A stretch of 32,000 bases of DNA from Prochlorococcus marinus str. NATL2A (GTDB lineage: Bacteria > Cyanobacteriota > Cyanobacteriia > PCC-6307 > Cyanobiaceae): NCBI RefSeq assembly GCF_000012465.1, contig NC_007335.2, forward strand, positions 780,001-812,000, in the 5' to 3' direction. The position numbers and the translations under genes are program-made. Each line of letters begins with the position of its first letter. The first letter of the stretch is position 1. Below, piece by piece: positions 16,299-24,411 of this stretch. The notes under the pieces are model-generated. The model was not told where the DNA came from. It did not search any database and was given only the letters and a program-made list of their open reading frames with translations.

Positions 16299-17138
16299 AT
16301 GCCTGAAGATATTAGTCGGTATCTATTTATTTGCTTTAAATCAATTTTCTTAGGTATTATTCAAGGCTTTACTGAATTTCTTCCAATTAGTAGTACGGCC
16401 CATTTAAAAGTTGTACCTTACCTTTTTGGTTGGAATGATCTTGGGGTGTCTTTTTCCGCTTCTATACAATTAGGAAGCGCAGTAGCTATTATTTATTATT
16501 TTCGTAATCATATTAGTTTAATTATTAATTCTTTCTTCTCATCTTTTAATCCTTCTAAAGGTTTCAAAGATGAAAATTCTAGACTATTCCTCTATATCTT
16601 TGTAGCTAGTATTCCAATATTAGTTTTTGGCTTACTTATTAAATTATATTGGCCCAACTATTCTGATTCGAATCTCAGAGGTTTATTTTCCATAGCGATC
16701 ACTTCTATTGTTATGGCACTATTGCTAGCTCTTTCGGAAATTTATGGTAAAAGAAATAAGTTGTTTGTGGACATTAATTTAAATGATGTTATAAAATTGG
16801 GCCTTGCTCAATCTTTGGCTTTATTCCCCGGAGTTTCTAGATCTGGTATAACTCTAACCTCTGCTTTGTTTTCAGGTATTGAAAGAAAAACGGCAGCTAG
16901 ACTTTCTTTTCTAGTTGGTATTCCAGCTGTTTCAATCTCAGGACTTGTAGAATTATTTTCTTTATTTAGAGTGTTATCAGTTATTGATATTATACCTATA
17001 ATTATTGGTATCATTTCATCTTTCTTTTCTTCAATATTTGCTATTGATTTGTTTCTTAAGTTCCTATCTAAAAATAATACTTTGGTTTTTGTTTATTATC
17101 GTTTAGCTTTTGGCATATTTATATTGACAACTTTATAA
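16299..17138 (+). CDS. uppP: Undecaprenyl-diphosphate phosphatase
   Basis: 'GIIQGFTEFLPISSTAHL' and 'FPGVSRSGITLTSAL' are the two BacA/UppP signature motifs. The track starts at TTG 16275, but ATG 16299 (MPEDISRY) is more plausible. Confidence 0.9.
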   Translation: MPEDISRYLFICFKSIFLGIIQGFTEFLPISSTAHLKVVPYLFGWNDLGVSFSASIQLGSAVAIIYYFRNHISLIINSFFSSFNPSKGFKDENSRLFLYIFVASIPILVFGLLIKLYWPNYSDSNLRGLFSIAITSIVMALLLALSEIYGKRNKLFVDINLNDVIKLGLAQSLALFPGVSRSGITLTSALFSGIERKTAARLSFLVGIPAVSISGLVELFSLFRVLSVIDIIPIIIGIISSFFSSIFAIDLFLKFLSKNNTLVFVYYRLAFGIFILTTL

Positions 17139-17169
17139 ATATTATTTTTCTAGATTCTTTGGTTTAGTA

Positions 17170-17355
17170 TTGCTTTATGAGATTTATTTGTTTTTAATGA
17201 GTTATTTACCTGATTTATTCATTGTTTCTTTTGGGGAGATCGATATACCACCATTACTCTTTGCGTTAATTATTTTTTTAACTATATTCGTTTTTTTAGC
17301 AGTTCTGATTAGTACAACAAAATTAATCCAATCTTTAGTAAAGGACTCTGATTAG
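17170..17355 (+). CDS. Hypothetical small membrane protein (61 aa from TTG, or 52 aa from ATG 17197)
   Basis: TM helix 'PPLLFALIIFLTIFVFLAVLI'. No homology recognised. Confidence 0.35.
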   Translation: MLYEIYLFLMSYLPDLFIVSFGEIDIPPLLFALIIFLTIFVFLAVLISTTKLIQSLVKDSD

Positions 17356-17372
17356 TCACGTATTCAATTTTA

Positions 17373-17446
17373 TCGGAACGGCGGGATTTGAACCCACGAC
17401 CCCCACTACCCCAAAGTGGTGCGCTACCAAGCTGCGCTACGTCCCG
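17373..17446 (-). tRNA. tRNA-Pro, anticodon GGG
   Basis: The reverse complement reads CGGGACGTAGCGCAGCTTGGTAGCGCACCACTTTGGGGTAGTGGGGGTCGTGGGTTCAAATCCCGCCGTTCCGA. It has a 7-bp acceptor stem (CGGGACG/CGTTCCG with one G-U). The D arm is GCGC/GCGC. The anticodon stem CCACT/AGTGG carries the loop TTGGGGT, giving anticodon GGG. The T arm contains GGTTCAAATCC. CCA is not encoded. Confidence 0.93.
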
Positions 17447-17459
17447 CATTTTTAAATTA

Positions 17460-17813
17460 TCACAAGGGCTTGCGGATAGTTGAAATTTTTAATGATTTCC
17501 ATTTAATCCTTTTCTTAGACTTTCTATTTATTCGTCTGATGAGTGAATTCCTATCTTCATTAGAATATCCATTAATAGATAGTCTTTTAGCCATTAATCT
17601 TAACTCGTAAATATTCATCTTTGAGAGTTTTAATTCAATATCTTTATTCCAAGCCTCTCCCTCCTTTGGCAATGTAGCTTTATGTTGTGAAACTTCGATT
17701 GAGTAGATTAATTCAGCAAATAATTCTGGAATAATTACAATTAAAATAGCAAGAATATTGTATAAGTTTATTCGAGCTCTTTCCAGATTTTTCTCTAATT
17801 TATTATTTCTCAT
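17460..17813 (-). CDS. Hypothetical membrane-anchored protein with a Rho_N/SAP-like motif, 117 aa
   Basis: N-terminal TM helix 'LYNILAILIVIIPELFAELI'. 'MNIYELRLMAKRLSINGYSNEDRNSLIRRI' matches the Rho N-terminal/SAP helix-extended-helix pattern. Basic C-terminal tail. Confidence 0.5.
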   Translation of the reverse strand: MRNNKLEKNLERARINLYNILAILIVIIPELFAELIYSIEVSQHKATLPKEGEAWNKDIELKLSKMNIYELRLMAKRLSINGYSNEDRNSLIRRINRKSKKRIKWKSLKISTIRKPL

Positions 17814-17856
17814 ATTTTATAAAAAGTAAAATCCAAGTAAAAAATATATTTTTTCT

Positions 17857-18021
17857 CTAACTTGGATAAGCTAATTCAGTATTTAATGAACTATCCATCC
17901 ATTGAATTGTTTTCTCTTGTTCAATTTTATCAGATTTAAAACTAAACACTAAAAAGAATACTAACAACAAAGTAGCTAATATTATTAGCAAAACAGTTCT
18001 ATCTGGTAATTGATCATTCAT
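17857..18021 (-). CDS. Candidate small membrane protein, 54 aa (MNDQLPDRTVLLIILATLLLVFFLVFSFKSDKIEQEKTIQWMDSSLNTELAYPS)
   Basis: ATG-started ORF below the track threshold. Its ATG shares 1 nt with the msrA stop codon. It has a clear single TM helix. Confidence 0.35.
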   Translation of the reverse strand: MNDQLPDRTVLLIILATLLLVFFLVFSFKSDKIEQEKTIQWMDSSLNTELAYPS

Positions 18022-18770
18022 TATAAATTAGATTCAATAGGTGTGTTCTCTCCTCTAAGAATACAATGCGTTATGTCCCAATTATAGTTAGACCAAATTT
18101 TTTCATTTAGTTTAAAGTTTGCCCCACTAAAATTTTTAAATGTTACCTTTGTTGGCATCGCAGAGCAATATGGTCTGCTACCAGGCTTTGCTAAATATTG
18201 TTGGTGATAGTCCTCTGCAAAATAAAATTTAATATCATTCTCAATCTCTGTAGTAATAATGCCAAAGCCATTATTTTTTAGTTCTATTTGATAGCTATTT
18301 TTGCTTTCTATCGCTTTACTTAGCTGCTCTTTGCTTGTCGTATAAATCGCTGATCTATATTGGCTTCCACTATCGTTTCCCTGACGATTGCCTTGTGTTG
18401 GGTCATGGCATTCCCAAAATAATTTTAGTAGATCGCTTAGATCAATTTCATTGTTATTCCAAACAACTCTCACGACTTCGGTATGACCTGTTAGTCCAGA
18501 ACATACCTCCCTGTAGTTTGGATTTTCCTTCTCGCCTCCTGCATAACCTACTGAAGTTGTTATGACTCCTGGAAGCCTCCAGAAGCCTTTCTCTGCACCC
18601 CAAAAGCAGCCACATCCAAAAAGTATTTCTTGCTCATTATCTTTTAGCTTTGCTGTAAGATCATTTTTTAATATTGTATGTTGCAATTTCTTATTTGTTT
18701 TTTCTATACTTTTAACAGAATATAGCTTATCAATTATTAGGGTTAAATATTTAATTATCTTTTTAATCAT
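18021..18770 (-). CDS. msrA: Peptide-methionine (S)-S-oxide reductase
   Basis: Catalytic 'FGCGCFWGAEKGFW', then 'GHTEVVRVVWN' and 'DYHQQYLAK'. About 50 extra N-terminal residues precede the catalytic Cys. Confidence 0.92.
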   Translation of the reverse strand: MIKKIIKYLTLIIDKLYSVKSIEKTNKKLQHTILKNDLTAKLKDNEQEILFGCGCFWGAEKGFWRLPGVITTSVGYAGGEKENPNYREVCSGLTGHTEVVRVVWNNNEIDLSDLLKLFWECHDPTQGNRQGNDSGSQYRSAIYTTSKEQLSKAIESKNSYQIELKNNGFGIITTEIENDIKFYFAEDYHQQYLAKPGSRPYCSAMPTKVTFKNFSGANFKLNEKIWSNYNWDITHCILRGENTPIESNL

Positions 18771-18774
18771 AACT

Positions 18775-19020
18775 TTAATTTATAGTTTCTATTCTTATAT
18801 GATTTATTAGTGTAGTAACAAATGCAAATAATAAGAAAGGGAGGCTTAATACAAGTATTAAACCAACACCTAAAAGAGCAAAAATTGGTCTTGATGAGCC
18901 CATTAATGCAAGACCTGCAGCAAGACTTACAAAAATTACACCCATCCATGCAAGTATTTGAATGTAAATATCACCAAATGCAAGGTCGCATATAAGTTTA
19001 TATTTTGTTAGTGCGCTCAT
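18775..19020 (-). CDS. Hypothetical membrane protein, 81 aa, two TM helices
   Basis: 'ILAWMGVIFVSLAAGLALMG' and 'ALLGVGLILVLSLPFLLFAFV'. Its stop lies 4 nt upstream of the msrA ATG. Confidence 0.55.
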   Translation of the reverse strand: MSALTKYKLICDLAFGDIYIQILAWMGVIFVSLAAGLALMGSSRPIFALLGVGLILVLSLPFLLFAFVTTLINHIRIETIN

Positions 19021-19110
19021 AATTTCTTAATTATCTCAATTAAAATAATTGTTTTTTTAGCTTATATCTAATTCAGATCGAATTGATTAAAAAAAGTTAA
19101 TAAGTAATGA

Positions 19111-20862
19111 TTAATCATCTGATTGAATTTGTTCTTTGGCTTTTTCTCTCTCCCACATGCTTTTATACAAACCATCTTTCTTAATTAAGAATTGATGAGT
19201 TCCCTCTTGTACAATTTTTCCATCATTCATTACCAATATTCGATCACACGCAGCAGCAGCTGAAAGTTGATGACTAATCATTAATACTGTTTTACTATAT
19301 TGTTTTTTTATTGTTTGAAGTATTGCTGACGCGGTTTTATTGTCCACACTTGCTAAGGCATCATCAAGAACAATTATCTTTGAATCTACTAATAAAGCTC
19401 GACTTAAAGCAGTTCGTTGTCTTTGTCCACCGCTTAGAGTTATTCCTCTTTCACCGACAAGTGTTTTAAGTCCATCAGGAAAACCTTTTATGTCATCTGT
19501 CATTCTCGCTTCATAGGCTGATTCTTGGACTTTCTCTGTGGACGCTTCTGGATTCCCGTATTTAATGTTTTCTGAAAGTGTTTCTGTAAAAAGATATCCC
19601 TCTTGAGGTACTAAAGCGATATTGCTTCTTAACTGATTCAGTTTTAGGTTCATGACATCATTATCGTCTAAATACAAACATCCTTCATCAATTTTTATTA
19701 TCCTTCCTAAAGCTCTTGCCAAGGTTGTTTTACCGCACCCTACAGGTCCTACTAAGGCGACTATTTCTCCGGGGGTTATTTTGAATGAAATTTCATCTAG
19801 TATTTTCCTTGGTGAATCTTCATAACTTACTGAAAGATTTTTTGCTTCTAATTTTCCTGAAATAGGTTTAGTTATATTTACAGTATTATCTTTATCTTTG
19901 ATTGTAGGTTCATGATTAAGAAGTTCTTCTACTCTCTCTAAACTTACTTGACCCAATTGAAAAGTATTAAGTGTAAAACCTAATAAGGCTGTAGGGAAAA
20001 CTAGTCTTTCTACATAAAGAATTAAAGCTACTAAGCCTCCAACCGTAAGAGTTCCACTGCTTAGTTGCCCACTACCAATTGCAATAAGTAGAAGCAATGA
20101 AATTGAGGATAAACCTTGAAGTAGTGGAAATAAAGTACTTGCAGTTCTTGCAAGGTTAATAGCAGCGTCTCTGTATCTGATATTTAATTTCTTGAAAGCT
20201 TCTTGCTCAGCTCGTTCTTGACCATAAATCTTAATGGCACTAATGCCAGATAGATCTTCTTGAATTAGTTCACTTAGTTCGGATAAAGCTTGTTGTTGCC
20301 TCTTTCTTTGTTTAACCATTCTTCCTCCGAACAATCCAACGGTGCCAAATAAAACTGGATAGACGGAAATAGCAAAAAAGGTTAAAAGCGGATTAATTGT
20401 CAGCATTGCTGGCAATGTGAAGGTGTATGCCAATAATGTGTTTGTAAGACTAAGAACCGTAAAACCAAGCAATCTTCGAATGTTTTCCAAATCGCTAGTT
20501 GCTCTTGTTATGACTTCTCCAGTCCCTATTGTTTGAACCCAGCCGGGATCCTGTTCCAGCATTCGATCAAATAATTTTTGTCTCAATGAAACTTCTACTT
20601 GTCTGCCAACCCCAAACACGAGTTGCCGAGATATCAATCTTGCTCCCCCCATTACTGTCGCCATGAGTATTAACCATGTCGACTTATTTAAGACGTATGA
20701 AAATGTAAATCCTTCTTTTAGATCATCAACTATATTTCTCACTTCCATAGGAATAGCAACGCTTAGAATATTTACAAAAATCAGACAGAAAGCACCTATT
20801 ATTAGTTCCCTCTTGTGTGGTCTCAAATAGTTTTTTATTAGATCTAGTCTTAATGCAGCCAT
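19111..20862 (-). CDS. ABC exporter, fused permease and ATPase (MsbA/MdlB-type)
   Basis: N-terminal domain with 6 TM segments. Walker A 'GPVGCGKTT', signature 'LSGGQRQR', Walker B 'IIVLDDALASVD', H-loop 'ISHQL'. Confidence 0.9.
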   Translation of the reverse strand: MAALRLDLIKNYLRPHKRELIIGAFCLIFVNILSVAIPMEVRNIVDDLKEGFTFSYVLNKSTWLILMATVMGGARLISRQLVFGVGRQVEVSLRQKLFDRMLEQDPGWVQTIGTGEVITRATSDLENIRRLLGFTVLSLTNTLLAYTFTLPAMLTINPLLTFFAISVYPVLFGTVGLFGGRMVKQRKRQQQALSELSELIQEDLSGISAIKIYGQERAEQEAFKKLNIRYRDAAINLARTASTLFPLLQGLSSISLLLLIAIGSGQLSSGTLTVGGLVALILYVERLVFPTALLGFTLNTFQLGQVSLERVEELLNHEPTIKDKDNTVNITKPISGKLEAKNLSVSYEDSPRKILDEISFKITPGEIVALVGPVGCGKTTLARALGRIIKIDEGCLYLDDNDVMNLKLNQLRSNIALVPQEGYLFTETLSENIKYGNPEASTEKVQESAYEARMTDDIKGFPDGLKTLVGERGITLSGGQRQRTALSRALLVDSKIIVLDDALASVDNKTASAILQTIKKQYSKTVLMISHQLSAAAACDRILVMNDGKIVQEGTHQFLIKKDGLYKSMWEREKAKEQIQSDD

Positions 20863-20936
20863 TCTTTTATTAATATGCCCATTAACCTAGGCAATATAAG
20901 CCCATGGACGTGAGCAAAATTCAAATTAACTAATTT

Positions 20937-21248
20937 ATGAACGAGCCACAAAATCATCCGCTTTATTCAACAGATCGTGAAAATCTTGACCGACTATGCG
21001 CGATAGATTCTCCTACCTCAAATAATTTTGTTGAATTAGCTAGATTAATGATTCGATATCAGGATTTCAGAGGTGCTGAAGATCTTAATTCAGATATGGA
21101 AAAACTATTAAAAAAATGGAGCATTAATCGTGACAAATTAGAGGCAATAACAAGGAAACTTTGGTCGGAGGGATTTCGGCCTGCAAGTCATTCAAGTTCC
21201 GATAACGTCGGTTCTGGATTTGATACGTCAGATTCCAGTCAAGCTTAA
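20937..21248 (+). CDS. DUF3288-like cyanobacterial conserved protein, 103 aa
   Basis: 'HPLYSTDRENLDRL...LARLMIRYQDFRGA' matches the remembered DUF3288 pattern. Confidence 0.6.
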   Translation: MNEPQNHPLYSTDRENLDRLCAIDSPTSNNFVELARLMIRYQDFRGAEDLNSDMEKLLKKWSINRDKLEAITRKLWSEGFRPASHSSSDNVGSGFDTSDSSQA

Positions 21249-21360
21249 TGTTAGGAAATTATTTTTTTATTTAAACAACTTCCATAGTTGATATATTAAT
21301 GATTAAGTTATAAAAAATATTGTTCTTGGAACGCTTAACACTCAGGCATTTTTCTAATAA

Positions 21361-22398
21361 ATGACCATTTTAAATCCTATAACTTTTCCAGTAATTCTTG
21401 AATCACTTCTTGCTTCCAATGATTTAACTGAAGAGCAATCTAATTATTTAATGAATTCATGGCTCGATAATAAAATTGAACCAGTTCAAACGGGGGCATT
21501 TCTAGCAGCATTTAGAGCAAAGGGTGTTTCTGGTGATGAACTTTCGGCAATGGCAAAAATTCTTCAAGATGCCTCAACGACTCCATCAGATCTACCATCT
21601 TTTGATTTGGTTGATACATGTGGAACTGGCGGAGATGGAGCGAACACTTTTAATATTTCTACAGGAGTTGCCTTCGTATCAGCGGCTTTAGGGGTGAAAA
21701 TTGCTAAACATGGAAATCGAAGTGCAAGTGGCAAGGTTGGATCAGCTGACGTATTAGAAAATTTAGGATTACCTTTAAATGTTTCCTCCGGGAAAGTTGT
21801 TGAAGCTTTAAAGAAGTTAGGTATTACATTTCTTTTTGCTCCTTCTTGGCATCCTTCATTGGTAAATCTTGCTCCTTTAAGAAAAAGCTTAGGAGTCAGA
21901 ACTATCTTCAATTTACTGGGTCCATTGGTTAACCCACTTAGACCAAAGTCTCAAGTATTGGGAGTAGCCAAAGCTGATTTGCTTGATCCAATGTCAGTAG
22001 CTTTAAAAGGAATGGGACTTAAAAGAGCTGTTGTGGTTCATGGAGCAGGAGGCCTTGATGAGGCTTCACTTGCTGGTGCTAATCAATTTAGGTTCTTAGA
22101 TAAAGATGTTATTAGATCTGAAATTATTAGCCCTGGTGATCTTGGACTTACTCAAATCTCTAATGAATCCTTAAAAGGTGATGGTTTGAAAACTAATTCT
22201 CATATCTTAAAGTCTTTACTTAATGGAGAAGGAAATCAATATCACAAAGAAGTCATAGCATTAAATACTGCTCTGGTTTTATGGGTATCAGGAACTGAGG
22301 ATGATTTATCTTCAGGTGTCAAACGAGCATTAGATTGTTTGGATACAGATAAATCATGGCTCCTTTTCGAGCAATTAAGAGACTTTTTAGCCACTTAA
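21361..22398 (+). CDS. trpD: Anthranilate phosphoribosyltransferase
   Basis: '[18 protein letters not shown]', '[18 protein letters not shown]' and '[11 protein letters not shown]'. Confidence 0.95.
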   Translation: MTILNPITFPVILESLLASNDLTEEQSNYLMNSWLDNKIEPVQTGAFLAAFRAKGVSGDELSAMAKILQDASTTPSDLPSFDLVDTCGTGGDGANTFNISTGVAFVSAALGVKIAKHGNRSASGKVGSADVLENLGLPLNVSSGKVVEALKKLGITFLFAPSWHPSLVNLAPLRKSLGVRTIFNLLGPLVNPLRPKSQVLGVAKADLLDPMSVALKGMGLKRAVVVHGAGGLDEASLAGANQFRFLDKDVIRSEIISPGDLGLTQISNESLKGDGLKTNSHILKSLLNGEGNQYHKEVIALNTALVLWVSGTEDDLSSGVKRALDCLDTDKSWLLFEQLRDFLAT

Positions 22399-22427
22399 TT
22401 CTTTCAAACTGATAAACCCTATTCCTT

Positions 22428-23582
22428 ATGTTTTTTGATACTGATAGCTCTGCAATTTTGTTATTAGAGGATGGGACATATTTTGAAGGATTATCTTTTG
22501 GTGCGGTTGGAACTATTTCTGGTGAAGTCGTATTTAATACAGGTATGACAGGTTATCAGGAGGTCATTACTGATCCAAGTTATTATGGTCAACTTATTAC
22601 GTTTACCTATCCAGAGATTGGAAATACTGGAGTAAATTATGAGGATAATGAATCATCGCATCCCTCAGTTAAAGGTGTGATAGCTCGTCAAATATCCAAA
22701 ACTCCCAGTAACTGGAGACATGAAATTTCGTTTGAAAATTGGTTAAACGATGAAAAAGTTGTTGGAATTCATGGAATAGATACAAGATCACTTGTTAGGC
22801 ATATAAGAGAGTCAGGTTCTTTGAATGGAATTATTTCATCAGAGTCAAAATATTCAATCGCTGAATTATTTTCACTTTTAAAAAAATCTCCTTCAATGAG
22901 TGGTCTTAATCTTGTCGATAAAGTAACAACAAAAAGAGCTTTTAATGCTAATTCAAGTTGTCCTGTTGCATTTGATATGAGAATTAAAAATACTCAAACA
23001 ATTCCATACAAAGTTGTTGCTATAGATTTTGGGATAAAGCAATCGATATTGGATCGACTAGTTGCCCATGGTTGTGAAGTAACTGTCTTGCCTGCAAGTG
23101 CTGAAATGACCGATGTATTAGCTTTATCCCCTGAAGGTGTTTTTCTTTCCAATGGTCCTGGTGATCCTTCCACCGTCCATAGTGGTATTAATCTTGCTAA
23201 AGATTTAATTGAATATAAAAAACTACCTGTTTTTGGAATCTGCTTAGGCCATCAAATCCTTGGATTGGCTTTAGGTGGTAAAACTTTTAAACTTTCTTAT
23301 GGACATAGAGGACTAAATCATCCATGTGGATTGAACGGAAAAGTTGAAATTACTAGTCAAAACCATGGATTTGCTTTGAATTCAGAATCTTTAAATTCCG
23401 AGAAAATAAAAATCACCAGATTAAATTTAAACGACCAAACAGTTGCTGCTATTTCTGTTATTGATAGGCCTTTCTTTGGTGTTCAATATCACCCCGAAGC
23501 GAGCCCTGGTCCTCATGATGCTGATCATCATTTTAATCATTTCGTAACCTTAATAGAAGAACGACGAAGAATCGTGGATTAA
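22428..23582 (+). CDS. carA: Carbamoyl-phosphate synthase small (glutaminase) subunit
   Basis: '[14 protein letters not shown]' and 'LSNGPGDP'. The catalytic triad region is 'GICLGHQ' ... '[13 protein letters not shown]'. Confidence 0.95.
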   Translation: MFFDTDSSAILLLEDGTYFEGLSFGAVGTISGEVVFNTGMTGYQEVITDPSYYGQLITFTYPEIGNTGVNYEDNESSHPSVKGVIARQISKTPSNWRHEISFENWLNDEKVVGIHGIDTRSLVRHIRESGSLNGIISSESKYSIAELFSLLKKSPSMSGLNLVDKVTTKRAFNANSSCPVAFDMRIKNTQTIPYKVVAIDFGIKQSILDRLVAHGCEVTVLPASAEMTDVLALSPEGVFLSNGPGDPSTVHSGINLAKDLIEYKKLPVFGICLGHQILGLALGGKTFKLSYGHRGLNHPCGLNGKVEITSQNHGFALNSESLNSEKIKITRLNLNDQTVAAISVIDRPFFGVQYHPEASPGPHDADHHFNHFVTLIEERRRIVD

Positions 23583-23699
23583 TTTGGTTTCTATCACTAC
23601 ACTTCCATCATGAAGTCATAGGGGACTAATCCCATAACTGAATTACAACGACTTACAGTTTCTCTTAGAGGTGGTTCTAAACAGCAAAATGGTTGTTTA

Positions 23700-23999
23700 G
23701 TGATTAATTTCACTGGTCAACTAGATGCTTATTCAGAGAAACAATTCACAACATATATCAATGAAGTTTTAGCTTCTAATCAGCTATCAGTTGTAATTGA
23801 TTTATCTAATATCGATTTCATTGATTCTTGTGGCTTAGGTGCAATGGTTCAGGCCGCTAAGAAATGTACTGAGTCAAAAAGATCATTTAATGTTGTAGGA
23901 AATCCTAGAGTAACTCAGACAATTAAACTTGTTCGCTTGGAGGAATACCTTCATCTGGCACCTGATCTAAGTACCGCAATTGGTAAATTATCAGCTTGA
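23700..23999 (+). CDS. STAS-domain protein (anti-sigma-factor antagonist, SpoIIAA-like); the start codon is unresolved
   Basis: 'FTGQLDAYS...VVIDLSNIDFIDSCGLGAMV' is the STAS core. The frame is open from 23622 and encodes further STAS-like N-terminal sequence (LTVSLRGGSKQQNGCLV). The only table-11 start codon there is ATA 23634. ATG 23610 is in frame but is followed by TAG at 23619. GTG 23700 is the first common start. Confidence 0.7.
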   Translation: MINFTGQLDAYSEKQFTTYINEVLASNQLSVVIDLSNIDFIDSCGLGAMVQAAKKCTESKRSFNVVGNPRVTQTIKLVRLEEYLHLAPDLSTAIGKLSA

Positions 24000-24394
24000 C
24001 GGATTGGATTCGCTCTTACAAATCAACCATTTCTCCCGATGGATTGGGCCCTTTGCAATTAGCCTGGTTAGGTGATGCTGTTTGGGAAATGCATCAAAGG
24101 TTGAGATATTGCAGTAGCCCAATGCGCTCGAAGGATCTTCATAATGCAGTTGTAAGGGAGGTAAATGCATCCAGTCAAGCGAAGGCAATCACGAAATTAG
24201 AGCCTTTTCTTACAGATACTGAAAAGGACTTTCTTAGAAAAGGTAGAAACAAAGCTGGAAGAGGTCCTAAAAATGTAGATGCTGCCACATATGCAATTGC
24301 TACCGGATTTGAGACTATTGTTGGTTGGTTGTTTTTGAAAAATCCAAATCGGCTTGCTGATTTATTCGATCTTCTTGATCGACCCATTAACTAG
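23996..24394 (+). CDS. mrnC: Mini-ribonuclease III
   Basis: 'LAWLGDAVWEMHQR' is the RNase III catalytic signature and 'ATGFETIVGWL' is also present. At 132 aa with no dsRBD, it fits Mini-III. The TTG start overlaps the STAS TGA (TTGA). Confidence 0.85.
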   Translation: MTDWIRSYKSTISPDGLGPLQLAWLGDAVWEMHQRLRYCSSPMRSKDLHNAVVREVNASSQAKAITKLEPFLTDTEKDFLRKGRNKAGRGPKNVDAATYAIATGFETIVGWLFLKNPNRLADLFDLLDRPIN

Positions 24395-24411
24395 AAAATA
24401 TTTCTTATAAA

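Noticed and set aside
16808-17014. 68-aa minus-strand ORF antisense to uppP
   Set aside because: It is a shadow ORF.
17416-17610. 64-aa plus-strand ORF overlapping the tRNA-Pro and the 117-aa minus-strand gene
   Set aside because: It starts inside the tRNA gene on the opposite strand, and the minus-strand ORF has the more protein-like sequence.
18335-18949. ORFs 18335..18565 (+), 18562..18810 (+) and 18767..18949 (-) around msrA and the 81-aa membrane-protein gene
   Set aside because: They are antisense or out-of-frame shadows of msrA and the 81-aa membrane-protein gene.
21564-21911. 115-aa minus-strand ORF antisense to trpD
   Set aside because: It is a shadow ORF inside a canonical gene.
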